62,287 nt of DNA, filler included, from Chiloscyllium plagiosum (GCF_004010195.1; 3 parts of one record of this genome joined end to end with filler, not necessarily neighbours in it), one strand, 5' to 3'. Shown: positions 12,197 to 23,590, numbered from the whole stretch's first letter. Numbers and translations: made by a program. Notes: generated from the letters alone by a model not told the origin.

Positions 12197-13680
12197 GTGA
12201 GAGTCAGTGTGTGTGGGAGTGTACCCCAGTGAGGGTCAGTGTGTGTGGGAGTGTACCCCAGTGAGGGTCAGTGCGTGCGGGACTGTATCCCAGTGAGGGT
12301 CAGTCTGTGTGGGAGTATACCCCAGTGAGGGTCAGTTTGTGTGGGAGTGTACCCCAGTGAGAGTCAGTGTGTGTGTGGGACTGTACCCCAGTGAGAGTCA
12401 GTGTGTGTGTGGGACTGTACCCCAAGGAGAGTCAGTGTGTGTGGGACTGTACCCCAAGGAGAGTCAGTGTGTGTGGGACTGTACCCCAGTGAGAGTCAGT
12501 GTGTGTGGGACTGTACCCCAGTGAGAGACTATGCGGTCCCACACAAACTGAATCACACTGGGGTACACTCCCACACACACTGACCCTCACTGGGGTAGAA
12601 AGTGAGGACTGCAGATGCTGGAGATCAGAGCTAAAAATGTGTTGCTGGGAAAGTGCAGCAGGTCAGGCAGCATCCAGGGAACAGGAGAATGGATGTTTCG
12701 GCATGAGCCTGAAATATTCCCCAATTCCCACACACACATTGACTCTCATTGGGGTACAGTCCCACACACACTGACTCTCACTGGGGTACACTCCCACACA
12801 CACACTGACTCTCACTGGGGTACACTCCCACACACACACTGACACTCACTGGGGTACACTCCCACACACACACTGACACTCACTGGGGTACATTCCCACA
12901 CACACACTGACCCTCACTGGGGTACAGTCCCACACACACTGACCCTCACTGGGGTACACTCCCACACACACTGACTCATACTGGGGTATGGGACCCACAC
13001 AAAAACTGACTCACACTGGGATACAGTCGCACTCACAGACCCCAGTGAGAATCAGTATGTGTTGGTCTGTACCTCCAGAGTGAGTCAGCGTATATGGGAC
13101 TGTACCTCAGTGAGAATCGCTGTGTGTCGGACTGTATGCCAGCGCGGGTCAGTGTGTGTGGGAGTGTACCCCAATGAGGGTCAGTGTGTGTAGGACTGTA
13201 TCCAGTGAGGGTCAGTGTGTGTAGGACTGTATCCCAGTGAGAGACAGTGTGTGTGGGACTGTATCCCAGTGAGAGTCAGTGTGTGTGGGACTGTACCACA
13301 ATGAGAGTCAGTGTGTGTGGGTCTGTACCCCAATGAGAGTCAGTGTGTGTGGGAGAGTACCCCAGTGAGGGTCAGTGTGTGTGGGACTGTACCCCAATGA
13401 GAGTCAGTGTGTGTGGGTCTGTACCCCAATGAGAGTCAGTGTGTGTGGGAGAGTACCCCAGTGAGAGTCAGTGTGTGTGGGAGTGTACCCCAGTGAGAGT
13501 CAGTGTGTGTGGGACTGTACCCCAGTGAGGGTCAGTGTGTGTGGGACTGTACCCCAATGAGAGTCAGTGTGTGAGGGAGCTGTACCCCAGTGAGAGTCAG
13601 TGTGTGTGGGACTGTACCCCAATGAGAGTCAGTGTGTGTGGGACTGTACCCCAGTGAGAGTCAGTGTGTGTGGGAGTGTC
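12197..13680. repeat. 29-33-bp minisatellite array with internal orientation switches
   Basis: Unit gagagtcag(tg)nggactgtaccccagt. Forward at about 12197-12527, inverted at about 12535-13040, forward again at about 13040-13680. Confidence 0.95.
12597..12711 (-). mobile_element. Single-arm Penelope-derived mini-element inside a minisatellite
   Basis: agaaagtgaggactgcagatgctggagatcagagct... matches the arm of the other copies. Confidence 0.75.
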
Positions 13681-13740
13681 TGTGTGAGTAAATGTGTGTG
13701 GACTGTGCTGATTGCTGTGCCACCGATAGTGAACACTAAC

Positions 13741-13847
13741 CTTGCCTGATAGCCCATGATATGAGCCCGTACGACCATGGCTGCTCTCCGCAACTCCTCT
13801 GCTCGAACTTTCTCCAGTTTCTGTTCCAAAGCTTCCTTCAAAAAAAC
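13741..13847 (-). CDS. MYO10-like: Myosin-X-like gene, exon encoding VFL..IQ1
   Basis: ttttttgcag|GTTTTTTTGAAG...CAGGCAAG|gttag. Translates VFLKEALEQKLEKVRAEELRRAAMVVRAHIMGYQA(R), matching MYO10 VFLRESLEQKLEK...AAMVIRAHVLGFLAR. 107 nt, phase 0 to 2. Confidence 0.93.
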
Positions 13848-13937
13848 CTGCAAAAAAGTCAGTCAACAGTTGAGTGAATTGGGAATGGTTAAACAGCATC
13901 ATTTCAAAGACTTTGGGTAAGGGAGAGCAATAGGCAG

Positions 13938-13940
<3 letters not shown>

Positions 13941-13972
<32 letters not shown>
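13941..13972. repeat. (GA)n microsatellite
   Basis: Direct observation. Confidence 0.95.
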
Positions 13973-13975
<3 letters not shown>

Positions 13976-14499
13976 TGTTCCACTGTGAACAGGCTCCTGA
14001 CTTGCCTGCAGTCTGTCTGCTTGGTTTACCACAAGGGTTTTTTTTAAAAAGTGGTTTACTTTAATTAAATCTCCCTGGTCCCTAGCACAGTCCCGTAATC
14101 TCTTCAAAGATGTGATTTAAATATAGTCCCTGCAGAGAATGCAGGCTGTGTCTCTGTCTGCCAACGGCTGGCTCATTACAGACTAGAACTTGCTAACTCT
14201 CCTAATTACTCATTCACTCACGTTTCTCGCTCTCTCCCTCACTCACACACACTCCCTCTGAACAAGTGGATAAAGAACTTTACTTTTCCATTGTTACTGG
14301 ACGTCTATTCGCTCAGATACAGACAGTGTAACCAATCACAGCTAATTCATCTCTGCTACAGATTGTTTAACCCCTTCAGTACCAAATCTCGTGAAAATGA
14401 AGTTTAATGTGTACAGGTGAGTGAAGACAAAGCCGAGTCAAGTGTGACTTTTGAATCAAAGCAAAAACACAGCAAGAACACCCCAAACTTTAACCCACT

Positions 14500-14715
14500 T
14501 CAAACCCCAATCCCACCCCAAACCCCAATCCCACCCCAAACCCCTTAACCCAGCCCAAACCCCAATCCCACCCCAAACCCCAATCCCACCCCAAACCCCT
14601 TAACCCAGCCCAAACCCCAATCCCACCCCAAACCCCAATCCCACCCCAAACCCCTTAACCCAGCCCAAACCCCAATCCCACCCCAAACCCCAATCCCACC
14701 CCAAACCCCTTAACC
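14500..14715. repeat. C-rich higher-order tandem repeat (56-bp unit built from 18-20-bp subunits)
   Basis: (aaaccccaatcccacccc)2 plus aaaccccttaacccagccc, repeated about 4 times. Confidence 0.9.
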
Positions 14716-15298
14716 TCTAATCCCACCCTGAACCAGTCAATCCACCACAAATCTATGAACCCACACAAAGCATCCTAACCCCCTCCCGGGGACCCTGAAC
14801 CCACATCAAAAACAGACACCTTTGTCCCAAACCTCTCATCCAAGCCCATTAAACTGATCCCAAACCATTAAACCCACCCCTAAACTGAAACCCTTCAGAC
14901 AGTCCCCTGCTTCAGCACATTCTCTATCAAGCCCCTCATTCAAACCAATGAAAACCCCCATCCCTATGTGTCACTATCACCGCTCCCTCCTCCAGATGTT
15001 ACTAACACAGCTGTGCTCATTTCCTTCCTGGAACTGCAAATCCTTGCAATTCACTCGAATTTCAGAACAATTAACAGCAGTAAAATTAGAAGCACATTCA
15101 TCTTTCACAGGAAGTCAGTCCCATGACCAATAATAGCACCAGATGAATTTAACACATAGAAGAAATGAAATACTCAGAACAGAAGTGGGCTACTCAGCTC
15201 CTCAAGCCTGTTACAGCATTCTGCTAGGTCATGGTAGAATGTTATTTCAAATACATTTATTATTTGGTTACCTAGATTTAATCACCACACCCAAAAAT

Positions 15299-15497
15299 GA
15301 GTCGAGAGTGCAGTGCTGGAAAAGGAGAATCAGAGAAGAAAAATCAACGTTTCAGGCAAAAGCCTTTCAATACATTCCCAATGAAGGACTTTTGCCCGAA
15401 ACGTCGCGTCTCCTGCCCCTCGGATGCTACCTGACCTGCTGTGCTTTTCCAGCACCACACTCTCGACTCTGATCTCCAGCATCTGCAGACCTCACTT
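15299..15497. mobile_element. Degenerate fold-back Penelope-derived mini-element
   Basis: Same arm sequence (gatgctacctgacctgctgtgcttttccagc...gcagacctcactt). Imperfect TSD aca(c/a)ccaaaaat at 15287-15298 and 15498-15509. Confidence 0.72.
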
Positions 15498-15549
15498 ACA
15501 ACCAAAAATAATCCATTCATAATGTCAGTCCACAAAGCTACAATCGTAT

Positions 15550-15950
15550 TATGGGTCCCACACACACTGACTCTCACTGGGGTATGGGTCCCACACACAC
15601 TGACTCTCACTGGGGTACAGTCCCACACACACTGACCCTTACTGGGGTACAGTCCCACACACACTGACTCTCAATGGGGTACAGTCCTACACACACTGAC
15701 TCTCACTGGGGTACAGTCCCATATACACTGACCCTCACTGGGGTACAGTCCCACACATACTGACTCTCACTGGGGTACACTCCCACACACACACTGACCC
15801 TCACTGGGGTACAGTCCTACACACACTGACTCCCACTAGGGTACACTCCCACACACACTGACCTTCACTGGTGTACACTCCCACACACACTGACCCTCAC
15901 TGGGGTATACTCCCACACACACTGACTCTCACTGGGGTACACTCCCACAC
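15550..15950. repeat. Same minisatellite, inverted orientation
   Basis: Unit actggggtacagtccc(ac)ntgactctc. Confidence 0.95.
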
Positions 15951-16936
15951 ATTACTGACGTGAATCACGTGGTGAGGGAAGTTAAGGGTTAATAAGTTCC
16001 AGTGGCTGCTGTCGTAACAATCAAATGAAGTGGTTTAGCAACTCTGACCACTGACCCTGGAATGACAATAAGCCTCTTTCAGTGAGCAGCCACCCGCTCC
16101 CTGGCTCCCTGTCTCCGTTCATGATGAATATAAATCTTCCAAACTGAATGGTGGCCTTTCACTGGTTTAATCTTCTCTGCTCTTGCTTGGATCACTTTGT
16201 TCCAACTGGCATTGTAATTGTTCCTGTGCCCAGTCAACTCCATTAAAAGCAAGACTGAAAACTAAATATTCAAGAATATTATATGGGATCTGTTTGGGTA
16301 GAGCAATGAAACAGCAAGGGACAGCAGTGGCAAGGGAATGGAGAGAAGTGAGAATGACCGGTCCTTAACATCGACACTGCATTTAACTGAGAGGAGCACA
16401 AAGGAGCCCCAGCAAACTGGAGTCAAAGGGAATTAGGGAAAACTCTCTCCCAGTTGCAATCATACTTGACATAAAAGAAGATTGTTTTGGTTGCTGGATG
16501 TTCGTCATCTCAACTCCAAGAACTCTGCAGGATTCCTCAGGACAGGGTCCTAGGCCCAACCATCTTCAGTTGCTTCAACTCAGACCTTCACTCCATCATA
16601 ACGTCAGAATGAGCATGTTCACTGATGACCGCACAATATTCAACACCATTCACCACTCCCCCAGATACTGAAGCAGACCATGTACAAATGGAACAGGATC
16701 TGGACAATATCCAGGCTTGGGCTGACAAGTGACAAGTAATAATTGCACTACACAAATACCAAAAAAGATCATCTCCAATAAGAAACAATTGAACCAGCCC
16801 CTTGACATCCATTAGCATTGCCATCACTGAGTTCCTCATGATCAACATCCTGGAGATTACCGTTGACCACATATTAAACAAGACATGCACATAATTACAG
16901 TGGATACTAGGAGCAAGTTAGAAGCTAGGAATACTC

Positions 16937-17416
16937 ATAGAATCCCTATAGTATGGAAGCAGGCCATTCAGCCCATCAAGTCCACACCATCCCTCCAAAG
17001 AGCATCCCAACCTGTACCCTATCCCTGAACCCTGCATTTCCCACAGCTAATTCACATATGTTTGGACACGGTGGGCAATTTAGCACGGCCATTCCACCTA
17101 ACTTACACATCTTTGGATTGTGGGTGGAAACGGGAGCACCCAGAGGAAACCCATGCAGACATAGGGAGAATGTGCAAACCCCACACAAACAGTTGTCCAG
17201 GGGTGGAATCAAACCCAGGTCTCTGGCGCTGTGAGGCAAAAGTGAGGACTGCAGATGTTGGAGATCAGAGTCTAGATTAGATTGGTGCTGGAAAAGTACA
17301 GCAGGTCAGGCAGCATCCGAGGAGCAAGAAAATTGATGTTTGGGGAAAAGCCCTTCATCAGGAATGAAAGGCGCTGTGAGGCAGCAGTGCTAACCGCTGA
17401 GCCACTGTGCCACCCC
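16937..17416 (-). mobile_element. HE1-type SINE (interrupted by mini-element) inside an older LINE RT fragment spanning about 16400-17950
   Basis: Reverse complement of the HE1 head and core; flanks show degenerate RT (QG..LGPTIF, F.DD). Confidence 0.82.
17239..17369 (-). mobile_element. Single-arm Penelope-derived mini-element inserted in HE1 SINE
   Basis: TSD ggcgctgtgaggca at 17225-17238 and 17370-17383. Degenerate hammerhead core. Confidence 0.82.
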
Positions 17417-18785
17417 ATGGAATACTGTGGCGAGTAACTCCCCTCCTGACTCCCCAAATCCTGTCGCAAGTCAGGAGTGTGATGGAGTACTCCCCATTTG
17501 CCCTGGATGGGGGCAGCTCCAACAACACTCAAGGAGCTCGACACCATCCAGGACAAAGCAGCCACTTGATTGGCACCACATCCACAAACATCCACTCCCT
17601 CCACCACTGACAGCAGCAGTGTGTACCCATCTACAAGATGCACTGCAGAAATTCACAAAGGCTTTTCTGACAGCATTTTTCAAGCTGACAACCACTTCCA
17701 TCTAGAACGGCAGTAGGTTCATGGGAATCCCACTCCCTTCATGTTTCCCTCCAAGCCACTCACCATCCTGACTTGAAAATGTATCGCCGTTCCTTCAGTG
17801 TCACTGGGTCTGAATCCTGGAATTGCCTCCCTAAGGGGCATTGTGGGTCAACCTAAACACAGACTGCAGCGGTTCAAGAAGGCAGCTCACCCCCATCTAC
17901 TCAAAGGCAAGAAGAATGGGCAATAAATGCTGGTGCAGCCAGCGATGCCCAGGTCATACAGTCCTACATCACGGAGTCAGGCCAAAATGTCCATCCACAC
18001 TAACCCCATTTCCCTGCACTTGGCCCATATCCTTCTAATCCTTTCCTATCCATGTATTTATCCAGTGCCTCTTAAATGTTGTTAATGTACCCGCCTCAAC
18101 CACTTCCATTGGCAGCTCATTCCATATGTGCACCACCCTCTGTGTAAAAGCATTGCCCCTCAAGTTCCTTTTTATTCTTTCCCGTCTAACCTTAACCTGA
18201 TGCCCTCTTGTCCTCGATTCCCCAACCTTGGGAAAAAGACTGAGTGCATTCACCCTTTCCATGCCTCTCATGATCTTATACATCTCTACAAGGTACCCCC
18301 TCAGTCTTCTACGTTCTAAAGAAAAAGTCCTCGCTTGTCCAACCTCTTCCTAAAACTTAGACCATCGAGTTCTGGCAACATCCTTGTAAATTTGCTCTGC
18401 ACTCTTTCCAGTTTAATAATATCCTTCCCCTAGCAAGGTGACCAAAACTGAACACAATACACCAAATGCAGCCTCACCAATGTCCTGTACAACTGCAACA
18501 TAACTTCCCAACTTCTATACTCAATGCCCTGACTGATGAAGGCCAGTGTGCCAAAAGCTTTCTTCACTGCCCTGTCCACCTGGGACTCCACTTTCAGAGA
18601 ACTGTGCACCTGAACTCCAAAGTCCCTCTATTCCACTGCACTCCTTAAGGCCCTACCATTCACCATGAAACCCCTGCCTTGATTTGACTTTCCAAAATGC
18701 AAGACCTCACACTTAATGATATTAAACTCCATTTGGGTGAAAGTGAGGACTGCAGATGCTAAAACCAGAGTCTAGATCAGAGTGG

Positions 18786-18999
18786 AGAAAGTGAGGTCTG
18801 CAGATGCTGGAGATCAGAGCTGGAAATGTGTTGCTGGAAAAGCGCAGCAGGTCAGGCAGCATCCAGGGAACAGGAGAATCGACGTTTCGGGCATAAGCCC
18901 TTCTTCTTCCTGAAGAAGGGCTTATGCCCGAAACGTCGATTCTCCTGTTCCCTGGATGCTGCCTGACCTGCTGCGCTTTTCCAGCAACACATTTCCAGC
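18786..18999. mobile_element. Fold-back Penelope-derived mini-element with hammerhead core, nested in a related element
   Basis: Near-perfect inverted repeat centred at about 18905. TSD tctagatcagagtgg at 18771-18785 and 19000-19014. The host element 18736-19102 has its own TSD attaaactc(c/t)atttg. Confidence 0.85.
18910..18937 (+). ncRNA. Minimal type I hammerhead ribozyme motif
   Basis: CTGAAGA-A-GGGC ttat GCCC-GAAA-CGTC: conserved core, 4-bp stem II, palindromic ACGU stem III, GUC triplet. Confidence 0.7.
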
Positions 19000-20067
19000 T
19001 CTAGATCAGAGTGGTGCTGGAAAAGCACAGCAGGTCAGGAAGCATCCGGAGAGCCGAAAAATTGACGTTTCAGGCAAAAGCTTTTGGGCTTTTGCTCGAA
19101 ACATTAAACTCTATTTGCCATTTCTCGGCCCACTTCCCCAACTGATAATGGTCCTGCTGCAATTTCTGAGAACCTTCCTCACTGTACACAATATCGCCTA
19201 TTTTAGTGTCATCTGCAAACTTACTAACCATGCCTTGTACATTCTCATCCAAATCATTGATATAGATAACAAACAGTAATGGCCCAGCACCGACCCCTGA
19301 GGCACTCCACTGGTCACAGGCCTCCAGTCCAATAACTATCCCTCCTCTATTACCCTCTGCTTCCTGCCATCGAGCCAATTGTGTATCCAATTTGCCAGCT
19401 CCCCTTGGATTCCATGCACCCTAAGAAAAAAGTTTTTAAGTAAAAAGATTAGTTACTTGCAGGCCACTAAATAGTATAGTAGTGTGGGCCATGGTATTAA
19501 TCAGGAGATTATTGAAGTGTGTAGCATGGGTAATACAGTAATGGATGAGTTCAATCTTCGAATAGACCAGTTAACCCGAGTAAGCACCAATTCAGTGCAT
19601 ATACAAATTGAGGTGACCATGATAATCATGTTAGCCTGGCTCCAATCTTCCCTTCGCTCCTGATTAATAGCAGACTTGGTAGCCTAGAAATTAATCAGCT
19701 ACTCTTCGCTACGCCCAAACATTTCATACATTTTTCAATATGGTAACGGCCAGGGTAGGCAATGGCCTAGTGGTAATACATGAGACAATTAACCCAGGGA
19801 CGCAGGTAATGTTCTGAGGATCCAGGTTCAAATGCCACAGTGACAGGATTAAGAGTCTAATGATGACTCTGAAACCATTGTTGAGGGAAAAACCCATCTG
19901 GTTCACTAATGTCCTTTAGGGAAGGAAACTGCCATCCTTACCTGGTCTGCAACATGGTTGGTGAGTGGGTAAAAACAATGACTGCAGATGCTGGAAACCA
20001 GATTCTGAAGTAGAGTGGTGTTGGAAAAGCACAGCAGTTCAGGCAGCATCTGAGAAGCAGGGAAATC

Positions 20068-20095
20068 GACGTTTCAGGCAAAAGCCCTTCATCAG
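20068..20095 (-). ncRNA. Minimal type I hammerhead ribozyme motif
   Basis: Minus strand CTGATGA-A-GGGC tttt GCCT-GAAA-CGTC. Confidence 0.7.
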
Positions 20096-20108
20096 GAATA
20101 CTGTATTC

Positions 20109-20136
20109 CTGATGAGGGGCTTTTGCCCGAAACGTC
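20109..20136 (+). ncRNA. Minimal type I hammerhead ribozyme motif
   Basis: CTGATGA-G-GGGC tttt GCCC-GAAA-CGTC. Confidence 0.72.
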
Positions 20137-21116
20137 GATTTTCCTGCTCCTCGAATGCTGCCTGAACTGCTGTGCTTTTCCAACACCACTCTACTTCAGA
20201 ATCCTTTGGTGAGTGGGCAATTAGTTCTGGCTAAGCCAATGATAACCACATCCTGTGAATGAAGTTTTTAGAAACTGCCTGATGTATCTAAACCTTACTA
20301 ATATGCTGATCATATTATCAGTGCAGTAGGAAATAGAGACATGGCAAAAGGAGCCAAATTATTACTTTGTGTCTGTTTTCACTGAGAAAGATGCAAGCAA
20401 TCTGCTGAAGTTCTTAAGAAGTCAGACCTGATCTGAAACATTAACTGTTTCTCTCTCCACAGATGTTGTCCAACTGTTTGTCTTCACTTTCTTTGGGCTC
20501 GCTCCCACTTGTTGTTTGCTCCTTATTCCCTCTCCCTCACTTAATCGTCTGTAGCTAAACTGATATCTTCCTAGCTACCATCAGTTCCGAGGAAGGGTCA
20601 CCAAACCTGAAACATTAACTCTGATTTCCCTTCACAGATGCTGCTAGACCTGCTGAGCTTTTTCAGCAATTTCTGGTTTTGTTTCTGATTTACAGCAATC
20701 GCAGTTTTTTCAGTTTTTATTCCCTAACCCGCGGTGACATTTTCTAACTGAGTTTATTATCTTTAAGCTGGGTTACATATACTAACTAGGTTAACATAGA
20801 GCATAGAAAAGTCCAGCACAGAACAAGCCCTTAGGCTCACGATGTTGTGCCGAGACCCAATCTTAATGTAAAATATAGTAATTTAACCTACGCACCCCTC
20901 AACTCACTGCTATCCATGTGCATGTCCAGCAGTCGCTTAAATGTCCCCAATGACTCTGCTTCCAGCACCACCGCTGGCAACGCATTCCATGCATTCACAT
21001 CTCTCTGCGTAAAAAACCTACCTCTGATGTCTCCTTTATACCTTCCTCCTAATATCTTCAAACTATGACTCCTCGTACCAGTCAATCCTGCCCTGGGGAA
21101 AAGTCTGTGGCTATTG

Positions 21117-21216
21117 GATTTTGCCTGTCCTCGGATGCTGCCTGAATTGCTGTGCTCTTCCAGCACCACTAATCCAGAATCTGGTTTCCAGCATCTGCAG
21201 TCATTGTTTTTACCCC
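21117..21216 (+). mobile_element. Penelope-derived mini-element beginning at the predicted ribozyme cleavage site
   Basis: TSD gctattg at 21110-21116 and 21217-21223. Starts gattttgc..., the sequence that follows GAAACGTC in related copies, and ends cagtcattgtttttacc. Confidence 0.78.
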
Positions 21217-22751
21217 GCTATTGACACTATCTATTCCTCTCATTATTTTGTACACCTCAATCAGGTCTCCTCTCTTCCTCCTTCTCTCCAGAGAGAAATG
21301 TCTGAGCTTATTCAATCTTTCTTCATAAGGCAAGCCCTCCAGTACAGGCAGTGTCCTGGTAAACCTTCTTTGCACCCTCTCCAAAGCTCTGTTTCTTTCC
21401 TATAGTAGGGCAACCAGAACTGGACACAATATTCCAAGTGTGGGACTTGTAGAGCTGCAGCAAAACCTCATGGCTCTTAAACTCGATCCCCCTGTTAATA
21501 AAAGCCAAAACACCATATGCTTTCTTAACAACCCTATCCACTTGGGTGCCAACTTTGAGGGATTTATGTACTTGCACACCCAGATCCCTCTGTTCCTCCA
21601 CACTGCCAAGAATCCTGTCTTTAATCCTATATTCAGCATTCGAGTTCAACCTTCTAAAATGCATCACTTCGCATTTATTCAGGTTGAACTCCATCTGCCA
21701 TTTGTCAGCCCAGCTCTGCATCCTGTCTATGTCGCGCTGCAGCCTGCAGTAGCCCTCTATACTATCGACAACAACTCCAACCTCTGTGTCATCTGCAAAT
21801 TTACTAACCCACCCCTCAACCTCCCCATCCAAGTCATTTATAAAAACTCCAAAGAGCAGAGGCCCAAGAACAGAGCCCTGCGGGACCCCACTCAAAACTG
21901 TCTTCCAGGCAGAATACTTTCCATCTACAACCACTCTCTGCCTTCTGTCAGCCAGCCAGTTCTGAATCCAGAAGCCAAATACTTCCTGACTTTATGAATG
22001 AGCCTACCATGGGGAACCCTATCAAATGCTTTGCTGAAATCCATATACACCACATCCACTGTTCGACCGTCGTCGACCTGGCTTGACACCTCCTCAAAGA
22101 ACTCAATAAGATTTGTGAGGCATGACCTGCCCCTCACAAAGCCATGCTGACTGCCTTTAATCACACTATGCTTTGCCAAATAGTCATAAATCCTATCCCT
22201 CAGAATTCTTTCCACAACTTTGCTGACCACAGACGTAAGACTGACTGGTCTGTAATTGCCAGGGATTTCCCTATTACCCTTCTTGAAAAGTGGAACAACA
22301 TTTTCCTCCTTCCAATCCTCCAGTATGACTCCTGTGGAGAGTGAGGAGGCAAAGATCCTTGCCAGCGGCTTAGCAACCTCCTTTCTCACTTCCTGGAGCA
22401 GTCTAGGATAAATCTGGTCTGGTCCTGGGGACTTATCAATCTTAATGTTTTCCAAAATTTGCAGCACATCATCTTCATCAATCTTGATCTGGTCAGGACT
22501 GTATCCCAGCTCCTCTAAGTTTTCATTTACAACAAGGTCACTTTCCTTGTGAAAACCGAAGCAAAAAACTCATTTAGGCTTCCCCTATCTGCTCAGTCTC
22601 CACGCACATGTTCCCTCCGCTATCCCTGATCGGCCCTACCTTCTCCCTGATCATTCTCTTATTCCTCACATATGAGTAAAAGCCTTTGGGTTCTCCCTAA
22701 TTCTTCCTGCCAACCCTTTTTAGTGCACCCTCCTGGCTCTCCTCAGTCCAT

Positions 22752-22974
22752 GCTGATAATGTGTTGCTGGAAAAGCGCAGCAGGTCAGGCAGCATCCAAG
22801 GAGCAGGAGAATCGGCGTTTTGGGCATGAGCCCTTCTTCAGGATTCCTGAAGAAGGGCTCATGCCCGAAACGTCGATTCTCCTGCTCCTTGGATGCTGCC
22901 TGACCTGCTGCGCTTTTCCAGCAACACATTTTTAAGCTCTGATCTCCAGCATCTGCAGTCCTCACTTTCTCCCT
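22752..22974. mobile_element. Fold-back Penelope-derived mini-element inserted in CR1
   Basis: Inverted repeat centred at about 22844. TSD tctcctcagtccat at 22738-22751 and 22975-22988. Confidence 0.85.
22847..22874 (+). ncRNA. Minimal type I hammerhead ribozyme motif
   Basis: CTGAAGA-A-GGGC tcat GCCC-GAAA-CGTC. Confidence 0.7.
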
Positions 22975-23475
22975 TCTCCTCAGTCCATTTCTGAGTTCCT
23001 TTCTAGCAAGCCTTTGCTACCTCCACCTTACGTAAACTGCCTTCCTCCTTTTGACAAGAAGCTCCTCTGTTCTCATCATCCAAGGTTCCTTAATCTGACC
23101 CCCTCTTACCTGTCTCAGAGGAAAGAATTTGTACATCACTCGCAACAACTGTTCCTTAAATAGTCTCCACATGTCTGTTGTGCCCTTTCTATGGAACAAT
23201 TGCTCCCAGTTTGTACTTCCCAATTCCTGTCTGATAGCGTCATAGTTTCCTTTTCCCCAATTAAATATCTTCCCTCAGTAACTGCACCTTTCACTCTCCA
23301 AGGCTCTGCTAAATGTGAGGCAGTTGTGATCACTTTCACCAAAGTGCTCTCCCACCGCGAGATCTGAAACCTGTCCTGGCTCGTTGCCGAGCACCAAATC
23401 CAAAATGGCCTCTCCCCTCGTCGGTCTGTCTACATGCACTAACAGGACTAATACACACTAACTGTGTTAACTAAC

Positions 23476-23590
23476 CTTGGACTTTCCCATACGCCAGTGA
23501 GAATTGGTCCCGTCATAGAGTTTTAGCAGCATTGTGCAGCGCTCCTTCCCATCCTCCGGGATCTTATGATTTTTCAGGAGCATCTTGTAC
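23476..23590 (-). CDS. MYO10-like: Myosin-X-like gene, exon encoding end of motor/converter region
   Basis: Minus strand reads tttttattcctccttag|G TAC AAG...TCC AAG|gttag. Translates (R)YKMLLKNHKIPEDGKERCTMLLKLYDGTNSHWRMGKSK, resembling MYO10 RYKVL...LLQLYDASNSEWQLGKTK. 115 nt, phase 2 to 0. Confidence 0.9.

Larger units (their letters stand above)
17955..19420 (-). mobile_element. CR1 LINE RT/3' region
   Basis: SKFADDTK and FTQRVVHIWNELP on the minus strand. Confidence 0.9.
19970..20205. mobile_element. Fold-back Penelope-derived mini-element, hammerhead cores on both strands
   Basis: Inverted repeat centred at about 20102. TSD ttggtgagtggg at 19958-19969 and 20206-20217. Confidence 0.85.
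19752..20260 (+). mobile_element. Old tRNA-derived SINE (SacSINE1/DeuSINE-like)
   Basis: Box A tggcctagtgg, box B ggttcaaatgcc, core aaaaacccatctggttcactaatgtcctttagggaaggaaa. Related minus-strand copies at about 9320-9580, 11790-11950 and 61630-62050. Confidence 0.6.
20795..23435 (-). mobile_element. CR1 LINE ORF2 (5'-truncated, disrupted)
   Basis: ORFs 21323-21934 and 21925-22467 carry RT motifs; tail at about 20800. Confidence 0.93.

Noticed and set aside
12309..13680. Cys/Val-rich ORFs in the minisatellite
   Set aside because: Translation artefacts of (TG)n-containing tandem repeats.
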